Below, one piece after another: positions 42,656 to 51,885 of a stretch of DNA of 64,000 nt (positions within the stretch are counted from its first letter, which is position 1; every line of letters begins with the position of its first letter). Source of the DNA: Oscillospiraceae bacterium (lineage in GTDB: Bacteria; Bacillota; Clostridia; TANB77; CAG-508); contig WRFS01000002.1 in the NCBI GenBank assembly GCA_009778695.1, positions 23,761-87,760 of the forward strand. Reading direction: 5' to 3'. The notes under the pieces are model-generated. The model was given only the letters and a program-made list of their open reading frames with translations, did not search any database and had not been told where the DNA came from. Position numbers and translations under genes: made by a program.

Positions 42656-45109
42656 TTAATTCCCGTCAATGTCAACACTAACTTTTCCATTTTCTGCTTT
42701 TGCTATTGCATTTGAACCTGATTTTATTTTACCATCTAAAAAGCTTTCAGCTATTGCATCTTCTAACAAATTTTGTATGGCCCTTCGGAGTGGTCTCGCA
42801 CCGTATCCACTATCTACACCTTTTTCTCTTATAAGTTCTTTCACGCTTTCATCTACTTTTAATTCTATTTCTTTATCTTTTAATCTGCTTTTTACTTCTT
42901 TTAACATTAATTCTATTATTTGCTTAACATCTTCTTTTGAAAGTTTCCCAAAAACTATAATATCGTCTATCCTGTTCAAAAACTCTGGCTTGAAATTATT
43001 CTTTAATTCTGACATTATGTCTTTTCTTATTTTTTCATTTTCAGCATTGTGTGAATCGTCTTGTTTTTCGCTGAAACCTAATGGTTTTTTATCTGTAATT
43101 AACTTTGCTCCTACATTAGAAGTCATTATTATTATTGTGTTTTTAAAATCAACTACTCTTCCTTGAGAATCTGTTAATCTTCCATCTTCAAGTATTTGCA
43201 ATAATGCATTCATAACATCTGGATGAGCCTTTTCAACTTCATCAAATAGTACCACTGCATACGGTTTTCTGCGTATTTTTTCGGTTAGTTGTCCGCCATC
43301 ATCATATCCAACATAGCCTGGAGGTGAACCTATTAATTTTGATGTAGAATGCCCCTCCATATACTCAGACATATCTACTCTTATTAAAGAATTTTCATCT
43401 CCAAATAACACTTCAGCCAACACCTTTGATAATTCGGTTTTACCAACACCTGTTGGGCCTAAAAACATAAATGAACCTATTGGTCTTTTGGGGTCTTTTA
43501 ATCCTACCCTATTTCTTCTTATTGCCTTTGAAACTGCAGTTACTGCTTCATTTTGACCAACTACTCTTTTATGTAATTCTACTTCTAAATTTTTTAATTT
43601 CTCATTTTCACTTTCAGTTATTTTGCTAACAGGAATTCCTGTCCATTTTGCAACGACTGTTGCTATATCTTCTTCTGTTATGATTGTCACATTTTTTACA
43701 TTTTTATCATTCCATTTTTTTATTTCTTTTTCCAATTTTTCTTTTTCTTTTCGTTCTTTATCTCTTAATCTCGCTGCTTTCTCAAAATTTTGAACCTGAA
43801 CCGATTCTTCTTTTTCTTTTGAAATTTTTTCAATTTCTTCCTCAATTTTTTTTATATCTTGTGGTGTTGTATGCGTTTTAAGCTTTGCCTTAGAGGATGC
43901 TTCATCTATTAAGTCAATAGCTTTGTCTGGCAAATATCTGTCATTTATATACCTCTTTGATAAGTTTACTGCTGAAACTATTGCTTCATCCGTGATTTCT
44001 ACATTGTGATGTGCTTCATATTTATCTCTAATTCCTTTTAGTATTAAGATAGTATCTTCTATGCTTGGCTCCTCAACTATTATTGGCTGAAATCTTCTTT
44101 CTAATGCAGCATCTTTTTCAATATATTTTCTATATTCATTTAATGTTGTTGCCCCAACTATTTGAATTTCTCCCCTTGCTAACATCGGTTTTAATATATT
44201 TGCCGCATCTATTGCACCTTCTGCTGAGCCTGCACCAACTATTGTGTGAATTTCATCAATAAATAGTATTACATCTCCTGATTTTTTCACTTCTGTTAGA
44301 GATTTCTTTATTCTTTCTTCAAAATCTCCTCTATATTTTGCACCTGCAACCATAGCTGATAAATCCATTGTCACTACTCTTTTATTTTTTAAAGTTTCTG
44401 GCACATCTCCCGCAACTATTTTTTCTGCCAAACCTTCAACTACGGCTGTTTTTCCAACTCCTGGCTCTCCAATTAAACAAGGATTATTTTTTGTTCTCCT
44501 TGATAAAATTTGTATTAATCTTTCAGTTTCATCTTTTCTTCCTATTACTGGATCTAGTTTCCCTTCATTCGCTAATTTTGTTAAATCATTTCCAAATTGG
44601 TTTAGTGTTTGTGTTTTATTATAGCTTGTCGTAACGTTATTTTTAGGAAATCCTGTTGTTATTTCTTCATCATTATATTCGTTTAAAACTTTTGTAAGGT
44701 CATTATATAATTTTTGCAAATTAACATTCAATTCTAATAATATTCTAACTGCTATACACTCTGCTTCTCTCATTATTCCTAATAATAGATGTTCTGTTCC
44801 AATAAAATCTGTATTTAATTTTTTCGCTTCAATAAATGAATTTTCTATCACTTTTTTTGTTCTAGGTGTGAATCCTATTGTTGATTTAGCTGCTTTGTCA
44901 GCTTTTCCAACTAGTTCCTCAATTTTTTCAAGAATTAGTTCTGGCGTTACGTTTTGAAGTTCTAATACCTTGCTTGCTACTCCTTCATGTTCCTTTGTTA
45001 GTCCATATAAAATATGTTCTGTGCCAACGTAATTATGCCCTAGTTCTAGGGCTATTTCATTGGCTATTTCTAATACTCTTTGTGCTTTTTTTGTAAATTT
45101 GTATACCAT
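42656..45109 (-). CDS. clpC: ATP-dependent Clp protease ATP-binding subunit ClpC
   Basis: Clp_N repeats, two AAA modules (GEPGVGKTA and GPTGVGKTE), and a UVR-like middle domain. I chose the start at the Met after the GGAAGGA RBS; the track starts at 45133. Confidence 0.9.
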   Translation of the reverse strand: MVYKFTKKAQRVLEIANEIALELGHNYVGTEHILYGLTKEHEGVASKVLELQNVTPELILEKIEELVGKADKAAKSTIGFTPRTKKVIENSFIEAKKLNTDFIGTEHLLLGIMREAECIAVRILLELNVNLQKLYNDLTKVLNEYNDEEITTGFPKNNVTTSYNKTQTLNQFGNDLTKLANEGKLDPVIGRKDETERLIQILSRRTKNNPCLIGEPGVGKTAVVEGLAEKIVAGDVPETLKNKRVVTMDLSAMVAGAKYRGDFEERIKKSLTEVKKSGDVILFIDEIHTIVGAGSAEGAIDAANILKPMLARGEIQIVGATTLNEYRKYIEKDAALERRFQPIIVEEPSIEDTILILKGIRDKYEAHHNVEITDEAIVSAVNLSKRYINDRYLPDKAIDLIDEASSKAKLKTHTTPQDIKKIEEEIEKISKEKEESVQVQNFEKAARLRDKERKEKEKLEKEIKKWNDKNVKNVTIITEEDIATVVAKWTGIPVSKITESENEKLKNLEVELHKRVVGQNEAVTAVSKAIRRNRVGLKDPKRPIGSFMFLGPTGVGKTELSKVLAEVLFGDENSLIRVDMSEYMEGHSTSKLIGSPPGYVGYDDGGQLTEKIRRKPYAVVLFDEVEKAHPDVMNALLQILEDGRLTDSQGRVVDFKNTIIIMTSNVGAKLITDKKPLGFSEKQDDSHNAENEKIRKDIMSELKNNFKPEFLNRIDDIIVFGKLSKEDVKQIIELMLKEVKSRLKDKEIELKVDESVKELIREKGVDSGYGARPLRRAIQNLLEDAIAESFLDGKIKSGSNAIAKAENGKVSVDIDGN

Positions 45110-45139
45110 GGTTTCCTTCCTTTCTAATTGCATCTACTC

Positions 45140-45275
45140 ATCTGTCCGCTCCCAGAGGTTAGATATGTATTTTTAAAAAACTCCCTCCAGGTCAAGGGGT
45201 AAGTCCTAAATGCCTCAAAGGGCTGTCGGGCAGCTTTTTAAAAATACATATCTAACCTCTTCGCGCTACCCTACT
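45140..45275. repeat. Long palindromic repeat, copy A (perfect 26-bp arms at 45154..45179 and 45235..45260, conserved core GCCTCAAAGGGCTGTCG)
   Basis: agaggttagatatgtatttttaaaaa ... tttttaaaaatacatatctaacctct, located in the mcsB-clpC intercistronic region. Confidence 0.85.
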
Positions 45276-45284
45276 TGTTGAATA

Positions 45285-46301
45285 TCATTCGTTTATTATC
45301 TTTTGTATTACTTCTGCTCTCTTTATATCTCTATCATAGCCGTCTAACACTGTTCCGAGGTATTTTTGCATGTTTGCTGGTTTTGTGAAAGTTTCCAACT
45401 GTTTTATTTTATAATCTGTTATTTCTTTAATTATTCCCATATCTACGCCAAGTTTAACATCCGATAATAATCTTTTTACTTCTTCTCCTGATATTTTTTT
45501 ACAATTTGTCAGTGTTCCATACGCCCTACATACTGTGTCTTCTAGTTCAATTGCATTTTTAGCTAGGTATTTTCTTGCTAATCTTTCTTGCTCAATTATT
45601 TTGTCTGTAATTGCTTTTAAGTTTTTTATAATTTCTTCTTCCGAAATGCCTAAAGATTGCTTATTTGAAATTTGATAAATATTGCCTTGACTTTTTGTCC
45701 CTTCTCCATAAACTCCTCGTATGTTCATACCAAAATTATTTACAACTTCTAATACTTTATTTATGTTTGAAGTTAATGTTAACCCTGGCAAATGTACCAT
45801 TACTGAACTTCTTAATCCTGTACCTACATTTGTTGGACAACTTGTTAAAAATCCATATTTTTCGTTATATGCATAATTAATTAGATTTGCCAATTTTTCA
45901 TCTATTTCTACTGCTAAGCCAAGTGTATTTTCTAAATCTAGCCCAGAGGCTAGAACTTGTATCCTTATATGGTCTTCCTCGTTTAACATTATACATATGT
46001 TTTCTTCTTCATTTATTAAAATTGCTTTTGTTTCATTTTCTTCTGTTACAAAGTTTGGACTAATAATATGTTTTTCTACCAAGCTTAATTTTGTTATATA
46101 ATCCATGTCTTTTAACTTTAATAATTTTAGTTCATATGGCAAACTCGGTATGATATTTCCAAAAATTTGTATTATTTTTTCAGCATCGCTTAGGCTATAT
46201 TTTGTTGTAAATAGGATTTCATCTAAGTTCCTGGCAAGCCTTATTCTTGTGCTTATTACTACATCTGCTTCTTTTCCACTTTGTAAATACCAATTTAACA
46301 T
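45285..46301 (-). CDS. mcsB: Protein arginine kinase McsB
   Basis: ATP:guanido phosphotransferase motifs (RIRLARN, CPTNVGTG) and its position between mcsA and clpC. Confidence 0.88.
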   Translation of the reverse strand: MLNWYLQSGKEADVVISTRIRLARNLDEILFTTKYSLSDAEKIIQIFGNIIPSLPYELKLLKLKDMDYITKLSLVEKHIISPNFVTEENETKAILINEEENICIMLNEEDHIRIQVLASGLDLENTLGLAVEIDEKLANLINYAYNEKYGFLTSCPTNVGTGLRSSVMVHLPGLTLTSNINKVLEVVNNFGMNIRGVYGEGTKSQGNIYQISNKQSLGISEEEIIKNLKAITDKIIEQERLARKYLAKNAIELEDTVCRAYGTLTNCKKISGEEVKRLLSDVKLGVDMGIIKEITDYKIKQLETFTKPANMQKYLGTVLDGYDRDIKRAEVIQKIINE

Positions 46302-46311
46302 ACACGTACCT

Positions 46312-46906
46312 CTATTCTATTCCTTTAATTTTATCTCTAAGTCTTGCTGCTTCTTCGTAATTTTCTGTTCTTATTGCTTCTTTTAATTTCTGCTTTAAAT
46401 CATCTATGCTATTTGTTGTATTATGTTCTCCACCAGTTGATTTTTGATTTTTGTATGGTTTTGGGTGAACGATATTCGCCTCTACATTTCCGACATCTGT
46501 CTTCTGACCTCCGCCTTCAGCCTTCAGCCTTCTGCCGTACATGTTTTGATTGACCTTGAATTCTTTTAAGAACGGGTTCTATTTTGTTGTCGAAAACATT
46601 ATAACAATTGCTACATCCAAATTTTCCAGTGTTTATGAATTCGTCAAATGTCATATTACATTTGTTGCATTTTAACTTTTCTGGAAAAGTTAAAATTGTT
46701 TCAAAAGATGGATCTGTGTATTCATTTAAAAATTCACTAAAGAAACTAGAAAAGTTTATTGGCAAACTTAAATCCATGTTCGCAAATCCTAGTTCATTTG
46801 CACATTTATTACAAAGTGCAATCTCTTTTTTTGCACCATTAATAATTTCAGTGTATTTGAAGGTGGCTTCGTTTTTACCACAATTAAAACACGTCACTTT
46901 AACCAC
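46312..46906 (-). CDS. mcsA: McsA (zinc-finger/UVR-motif activator of McsB), two ORFs joined at an in-frame CGG
   Basis: CxxC pairs in the 129-aa ORF and the UVR motif EEAARLRDKIKGIE in the 76-aa ORF. Skipping the C at 46537 gives RIQGQSKHV-G-RRLKAEG, matching the conserved H-V-G-K motif. Confidence 0.8.
46535..46537 (-). other. In-frame CGG at a +1 junction (GTA-CGG-C; the +1 codon is GGC, Gly)
   Basis: CGG is in the frame of ORF 46517..46906. The +1 frame is that of ORF 46312..46542. Confidence 0.75.
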
Positions 46907-46937
46907 TATTCCTTTCTTAGGAAATGGATACTCTATT

Positions 46938-46961
46938 GGGCGGAAATGGATTCTGCCCTAC
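46938..46961 (-). repeat. REP-like element (GTAG + hairpin)
   Basis: The plus strand reads gggcggaaatggattctgccctac. Confidence 0.6.
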
Positions 46962-46986
46962 AATAGGCACCAAATGATGCATCTCG

Positions 46987-47136
46987 CTAAATATCAAGCA
47001 CTGTATCATTTTGTGTCATTTCATCCATTTCCTTAGCCTTATCCTTTTGTACATCACTTGGCAACCATAAAAATTCTGAACACACAAATTCTCCATAATT
47101 TACAATGTTCGCATCTTTGTCATCTTTCATAAACAT
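46987..47136 (-). CDS. Possible small ORF (49 aa) upstream of mcsA
   Basis: AAGGAGGGTG RBS, then ATG; MFMKDDKDANIVNYGEFVCSEFLWLPSDVQKDKAKEMDEMTQNDTVLDI. Not CtsR-like. Confidence 0.35.
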   Translation of the reverse strand: MFMKDDKDANIVNYGEFVCSEFLWLPSDVQKDKAKEMDEMTQNDTVLDI

Positions 47137-47219
47137 ACAAAACACCCTCCTTTATTATTATATCCTATATAAAGTTTTTAATAAGCGAAGTTAATTTTCT
47201 ACAGACTCCTCATGACTTG

Positions 47220-47864
47220 TTACTGTGGGATAGCCTTTGACGTAATTCGGGTAATAAAAGTTTTTCTATGTAACCCACAAATTCCATTCTCTCTTATTGC
47301 TTTAATGTGCTCAGCAGTTCCATAACCTTTATGTTTCGCAAATCCATATATTGGGTAGACTTCGTCCCATTCCCTCATTATTCTATCTCTTGTTACCTTA
47401 GCTATAATTGAAGCTGCTGCTATTGAATATATTTTTGCATCACCTTTTATTATTGATGTATATGGAACTCCAGCCGTGTCTATTCGCTCTAAAGCATCTA
47501 TTAATATTCGATCTGGTTTTATATTTAATTTTTTTACTGCTCCTGTTACTGCTTTTTTTGTTGCGTTTAAAATATTGTATTCATCAATTTCATTTTGATC
47601 TAAAATTTCTACACTCCATGCAACTGCTTCATTGATAATTTTTTCGTATAAAAGTTCTCGTTTCTTTTCAGAAACTTTTTTTGAATCATTTACACCTTCT
47701 ATAAAAGAATCTTTTGGCATTATTACTGCTCCAACTACTACAGGACCCGCTAATGGCCCACGCCCTGCTTCATCTATTCCACAAATGTAGTTTAACCCTG
47801 TTTTATATAAATTTACTTCGTATTCTTTTAATGATTTTAATCTTTGCTCTTCCTTTTCTTTCAT
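47220..47864 (-). CDS. rnhB: Ribonuclease HII
   Basis: ICGIDEAGRGPLAGPVV, DSKK, AASIIAKVTRD. Confidence 0.9.
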   Translation of the reverse strand: MKEKEEQRLKSLKEYEVNLYKTGLNYICGIDEAGRGPLAGPVVVGAVIMPKDSFIEGVNDSKKVSEKKRELLYEKIINEAVAWSVEILDQNEIDEYNILNATKKAVTGAVKKLNIKPDRILIDALERIDTAGVPYTSIIKGDAKIYSIAAASIIAKVTRDRIMREWDEVYPIYGFAKHKGYGTAEHIKAIRENGICGLHRKTFITRITSKAIPQ

Positions 47865-47888
47865 TAGATAAATCTTCCTTTCGTGTAA

Positions 47889-48067
47889 TGTTACTGTTTA
47901 ACAGTTTTCAGTAAAGTAGCCTCTGGAGTATAGTATAGCTTTTAAAAAGGTGAACGACAGCCCTTTGAGGCCCATGGAGTCTTCGGAGGCTTGGAGGAGC
48001 CTTTTTAAAAGCTATACTATACTCCAGCGGCGGAAGTTTCAGTCTGAAACATTAACCAGTAACCGTG
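47889..48067. repeat. Long palindromic repeat, copy B (inner arms 47923..48027)
   Basis: ctggagtatagtatagcttttaaaaagg ... cctttttaaaagctatactatactccag, with the core cgacagccctttgaggc. The outer arms gttactgtttaacag / ctgaaacattaaccagtaac are also inverted. Confidence 0.85.
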
Positions 48068-48077
48068 TAATTATCAT

Positions 48078-48533
48078 TTATAACTGCATATCATTTGTAC
48101 TATATACATTTTCAGTCGTATCCGAAGTTGTAACTTGAATAACTTCATCTGTTATATAATTTACTATATATATTTTCCCAGCTTCTGGTTTTATATTTAA
48201 ATTTAGTTCATTAAGAACACTTTGATCCCATATATAGTAATACTTATAGTTTTCATCTTTTTCAGATATTACCCCATCATCTTTTAATTTTTGTGCATAT
48301 TCTTCTGTACAATCTGAAAATTTTTGCCCTTTTAATTGATTCGTATCATTTTGCATTTCAGAATCTAATTCTATTTTTTTAACTTTTGTTTGAACTTGTA
48401 ATAATTCAGTATTAATATCTTGTTCTCCTACTGCTGACAATATATCTTGTCCTTTGTGTACTAATATATATACTATAATACCTATTATTACTAAAGCAAT
48501 AACTATTACTATTCCTGTAATAATCCTTTTCAT
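48078..48533 (-). CDS. Membrane-anchored hypothetical protein
   Basis: I chose the start at MKRIITGIVIVIAL just after the dnaE stop; the tracked ORF extends into dnaE. Confidence 0.5.
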   Translation of the reverse strand: MKRIITGIVIVIALVIIGIIVYILVHKGQDILSAVGEQDINTELLQVQTKVKKIELDSEMQNDTNQLKGQKFSDCTEEYAQKLKDDGVISEKDENYKYYYIWDQSVLNELNLNIKPEAGKIYIVNYITDEVIQVTTSDTTENVYSTNDMQL

Positions 48534-48537
48534 ATTT

Positions 48538-51500
48538 TTAAACATTCCTTTCTTCTGCAAGCACTGCCTTAATCGTATTTGCCAATATACTAACATTTTC
48601 ATCTTCTCTTATTGAAACTTTACCTTCAACTAAAATAATATTGCCTTCTGTCAAAATTGCTTTCGATACTGCAAAACAGCTATCAAACACTACAAGTTCA
48701 ATCATTCCGTATAAGTCTTCTATTGTAACAAATGCCATTTCTGTATTTCTTTTTGTGTAAATTTTTTTAACATGCGATACTATTCCTATACATTTTGCGT
48801 TGTAACCATCTCTTAAATTCACACTATTCGGATTTTCTTTAAATGAATTAATTATTAGATAACTTATACTGCTATTTTTTTCAATTTCTGCTCTTAATCC
48901 TTCTAATGGATGCCCTGAAATATATAAACCTGTCATTTCCTTTTCCATACTCAATATTTCATTTTTTGCAAATTCTTCCTTTTCAGTATATTCATATTTT
49001 TTTTGTTTTATTTCTTCCATTCCTACACTTAAGTCAAACATAGATACTTGTCCTTCAATGCCTTTTTTTGCTCCATTATGTATTGTATCTACAATATTTT
49101 CAAAAGATGCAAGTAATGTAGCTCTTGTTTTTCCAAAACTATCGAATGCACCTGATTTTATAAGGGATTCAATACATTTTTTGTTAACATTTTCAGCTTG
49201 AATTCTTTCACAAAAATCATCAAAACTTTTAAATGGTCCATCTTGATTTCTTATATTTACAATGCTGTTAACTGCTGAAACTCCAACATTTTTCACACTT
49301 CCCAATCCAAAACGAATTTTGCCTTCGGACGGAATATGGTCGATGGGGGCATCGGTTGTTGGTTTTGGGTCGATGGGGGCATCGACCCCTACGTCAACGG
49401 TAAATTCTGTGAAGCTTTTGTTTATGTTCGGATGTAATATTTCTATTTTCATTTTCTTACATTCATCTATATATAACGGAATTTTATCTAAATTTCCTAA
49501 ATAACTGTTCAAGGTCGCTGCCATAAATTCTGCGGGATAGTACACCTTCAAAAATGCTGTTTGGTAAGAAATCATAGCATATGCGGCTGCATGTGATTTG
49601 TTGAAAGCATATTTTGCAAATTCTTCCATCTCATCAAATATTTTATTTGCCGATTTTTCATCTATTCCATTTCTTATACAACCTGGTACGACTACGTTTC
49701 CATCTTTATCAACTTGTCCTTTGATAAAGTTTTCGCGTTCCTTTGCCATTACATCTAACTTTTTCTTTCCCATTGCTCTTCTAACAAGGTCTGCTCTACC
49801 TAACGAATATCCAGCTAAGTCCCTAACAATCTGCATAACTTGCTCTTGATACACCATACATCCATATGTAACTTCAAGTATGTTTTTTAAAGCAGGATGT
49901 GTGTACTCGATATGCTTAGAATTTAGCTTATTTTTTATATATCTTGGTATTTGGTCCATCGGACCAGGTCTATATAATGCAACTCCTGCTACGATATCTT
50001 CAAAACAGTCTGGTTTTAGTTCTTTCATAAAGCTTGTCATTCCATCACTTTCAAACTGAAACACTCCAATTGTTTTGCCTTTCCTCCAAAGTTCATATAC
50101 CTTTTGGTCACTCATTTCTTCATCAAATTTTACATCTATGCCTTTGTCCTTTTTTACCAATTCTATTGTATCTGCAATAACTGTTAGAGTCCTTAACCCA
50201 AGAAAATCCATTTTCAAAAGTCCAAGTTCTTCCAACACTCCCATAGTAAATTGAGTTGAAATTTGCTCGTTATTTACATACAATGGAACGTAGTCTACAA
50301 CTGGCTTATCTGTTATAACTACTCCTGCTGCATGTGTTGATGCATGTCTTGGTAATCCTTCTAGTGCTATTGAAATATCTATAATCTTTTTAACTTTTTC
50401 ATCATTGTCATATAGTATTTTTAAATCTTGATTTATATCTAATGCTTTTAAAATTTTCATATTTATTTCCATTGGAATCATTTTAGCTAGCTTATCAACT
50501 TCTGCATATGGAATATCCAAAACCCTTCCAACATCTCTGATAACCATTCTTGCTGACATTGTTCCAAATGTAATAATTTGTGAAACATGGTCCTGTCCAT
50601 ATTTTTGAGCAACATAGTCTATAACTTCCTGTCTTCTTTCATAACAAAAGTCTATATCGAAATCTGGCATGCTTATTCTATCTGGGTTTAGAAATCGCTC
50701 AAAAATAAGGTTATATTTTATTGGGTCAATATCTGTTATTCCTATAGAATAGGCTGCAAGCGAACCCGCACCACTGCCTCGTCCTGGACCCACTGCAATA
50801 TTCTTTGATTTGGCATATGCAATAAAGTCCCATACAATTAGGAAATAATCGATATACCCCATTTTGGTGATTACAGAGATTTCGTATTCTAGGCGGTCTT
50901 GCAGGGCAGATATGGAATCTGCCCCTACATTGTATCTCTTTTTCAATCCATCAAAACATATTTTTCTAAAATATTCTTCGTGGGTTTTGTATTCTTTTGG
51001 TACTTCGTAATTTGGTAATTTTGTTACTCCAAATTCAAATTCAACATTACACTCATTTGCTATTTTTACTGTATTTTCTAGTGCTTCAGGGATATTTTTG
51101 AAATTTTCATATGCTTCTTCTGGACTTTTTATATAGAATTCTTCTGTTTCAAACTTCATTCTATCTGGGTCGCTCATGCGTTTTCCCGTTTGAATGCAAA
51201 GTAGAATTTCGTGATTATATGCATCTTCCTTTTTTAAATAATGTGCATCGTTGGTTGCAACTAAAGGGATACTTAACTCCCTTGATATTTCAACCATTTT
51301 TTGATTAACTATTGCTTGTTCTTTTAGTCCATTATATTGTATTTCTAAATAAAAGTTTTCTTTATATAAGTTTTTATAGTAGTTTGCGATTTCTTTTGCC
51401 TTTTCAATATTATTATCTAATATTGCTCGAGCTACAGGTCCATATAAACACCCACTTAAAACTATTATATCACTTGAATATTTTTCTAGTATCTCTTTGT

Positions 51501-51861
51501 CTACCCTTGGTTTATAATAGTAACCTTCCGTGAAGCCAGCAGATACTATTTTTAAAAGATTTTGGTAACCATTATTATTTTTTGCAAGCAATGTTAAGTG
51601 GTTATATTTGTTGTCAATGTTGGCTTCTTTGTCGAATCTAGTTCTTGGAGACACATATATTTCCACTCCAATAACTGGCTTTACACCATTCTTCTTGCAT
51701 TCTTTATAAAAGTCGATTACACCAAACATAACGCCATGGTCAGTAAGAGCAATCGCATCCATACCTAGTTCTTTTGCTCTTACTGGTAATTCCTTTATTC
51801 TATTTGCTCCGTCTAGGAGGCTATATTCGCTATGTACGTGTAGGTGTACGAATTTTTTCAT
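48538..51861 (-). CDS. dnaE: DNA polymerase III alpha subunit (DnaE type)
   Basis: PHP domain FVHLHVHSEYSLLDG, polymerase core, and IRFGLGSVKNVG. Confidence 0.92.
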   Translation of the reverse strand: MKKFVHLHVHSEYSLLDGANRIKELPVRAKELGMDAIALTDHGVMFGVIDFYKECKKNGVKPVIGVEIYVSPRTRFDKEANIDNKYNHLTLLAKNNNGYQNLLKIVSAGFTEGYYYKPRVDKEILEKYSSDIIVLSGCLYGPVARAILDNNIEKAKEIANYYKNLYKENFYLEIQYNGLKEQAIVNQKMVEISRELSIPLVATNDAHYLKKEDAYNHEILLCIQTGKRMSDPDRMKFETEEFYIKSPEEAYENFKNIPEALENTVKIANECNVEFEFGVTKLPNYEVPKEYKTHEEYFRKICFDGLKKRYNVGADSISALQDRLEYEISVITKMGYIDYFLIVWDFIAYAKSKNIAVGPGRGSGAGSLAAYSIGITDIDPIKYNLIFERFLNPDRISMPDFDIDFCYERRQEVIDYVAQKYGQDHVSQIITFGTMSARMVIRDVGRVLDIPYAEVDKLAKMIPMEINMKILKALDINQDLKILYDNDEKVKKIIDISIALEGLPRHASTHAAGVVITDKPVVDYVPLYVNNEQISTQFTMGVLEELGLLKMDFLGLRTLTVIADTIELVKKDKGIDVKFDEEMSDQKVYELWRKGKTIGVFQFESDGMTSFMKELKPDCFEDIVAGVALYRPGPMDQIPRYIKNKLNSKHIEYTHPALKNILEVTYGCMVYQEQVMQIVRDLAGYSLGRADLVRRAMGKKKLDVMAKERENFIKGQVDKDGNVVVPGCIRNGIDEKSANKIFDEMEEFAKYAFNKSHAAAYAMISYQTAFLKVYYPAEFMAATLNSYLGNLDKIPLYIDECKKMKIEILHPNINKSFTEFTVDVGVDAPIDPKPTTDAPIDHIPSEGKIRFGLGSVKNVGVSAVNSIVNIRNQDGPFKSFDDFCERIQAENVNKKCIESLIKSGAFDSFGKTRATLLASFENIVDTIHNGAKKGIEGQVSMFDLSVGMEEIKQKKYEYTEKEEFAKNEILSMEKEMTGLYISGHPLEGLRAEIEKNSSISYLIINSFKENPNSVNLRDGYNAKCIGIVSHVKKIYTKRNTEMAFVTIEDLYGMIELVVFDSCFAVSKAILTEGNIILVEGKVSIREDENVSILANTIKAVLAEERNV
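49338..49392 (-). repeat. REP-like doublet inserted in frame in dnaE (full copy 49367..49392)
   Basis: The plus strand reads ggtcgatgggggcatcgg...gggtcgatgggggcatcgacccctac. It encodes VGVDAPIDPKPTTDAPID. Confidence 0.7.
50904..50928 (-). repeat. REP-like element in frame in dnaE
   Basis: The plus strand reads gggcagatatggaatctgcccctac. It encodes VGADSISAL. Confidence 0.6.
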
Positions 51862-51885
51862 GTTTGTTCCTCCATCTTAAAATTT

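Noticed and set aside
42656-45133. The longer N-terminal extensions in the track for clpC (start 45133), the 48078..48602 ORF and the response regulator (start 20594).
   Set aside because: Internal Met codons preceded by good RBS sequences fit the protein family N-termini better and avoid overlap with upstream genes.
46513-46533. A 7-bp tandem repeat GCCTTCA x3 in mcsA as the cause of the frameshift. Deleting one unit also restores a single ORF.
   Set aside because: That repair gives KHVRQKAEGGG, which lacks the conserved H-V-G-K/R motif. Skipping the C of the in-frame CGG 4 nt upstream restores the motif and matches the five other junctions. I keep it only as an alternative.
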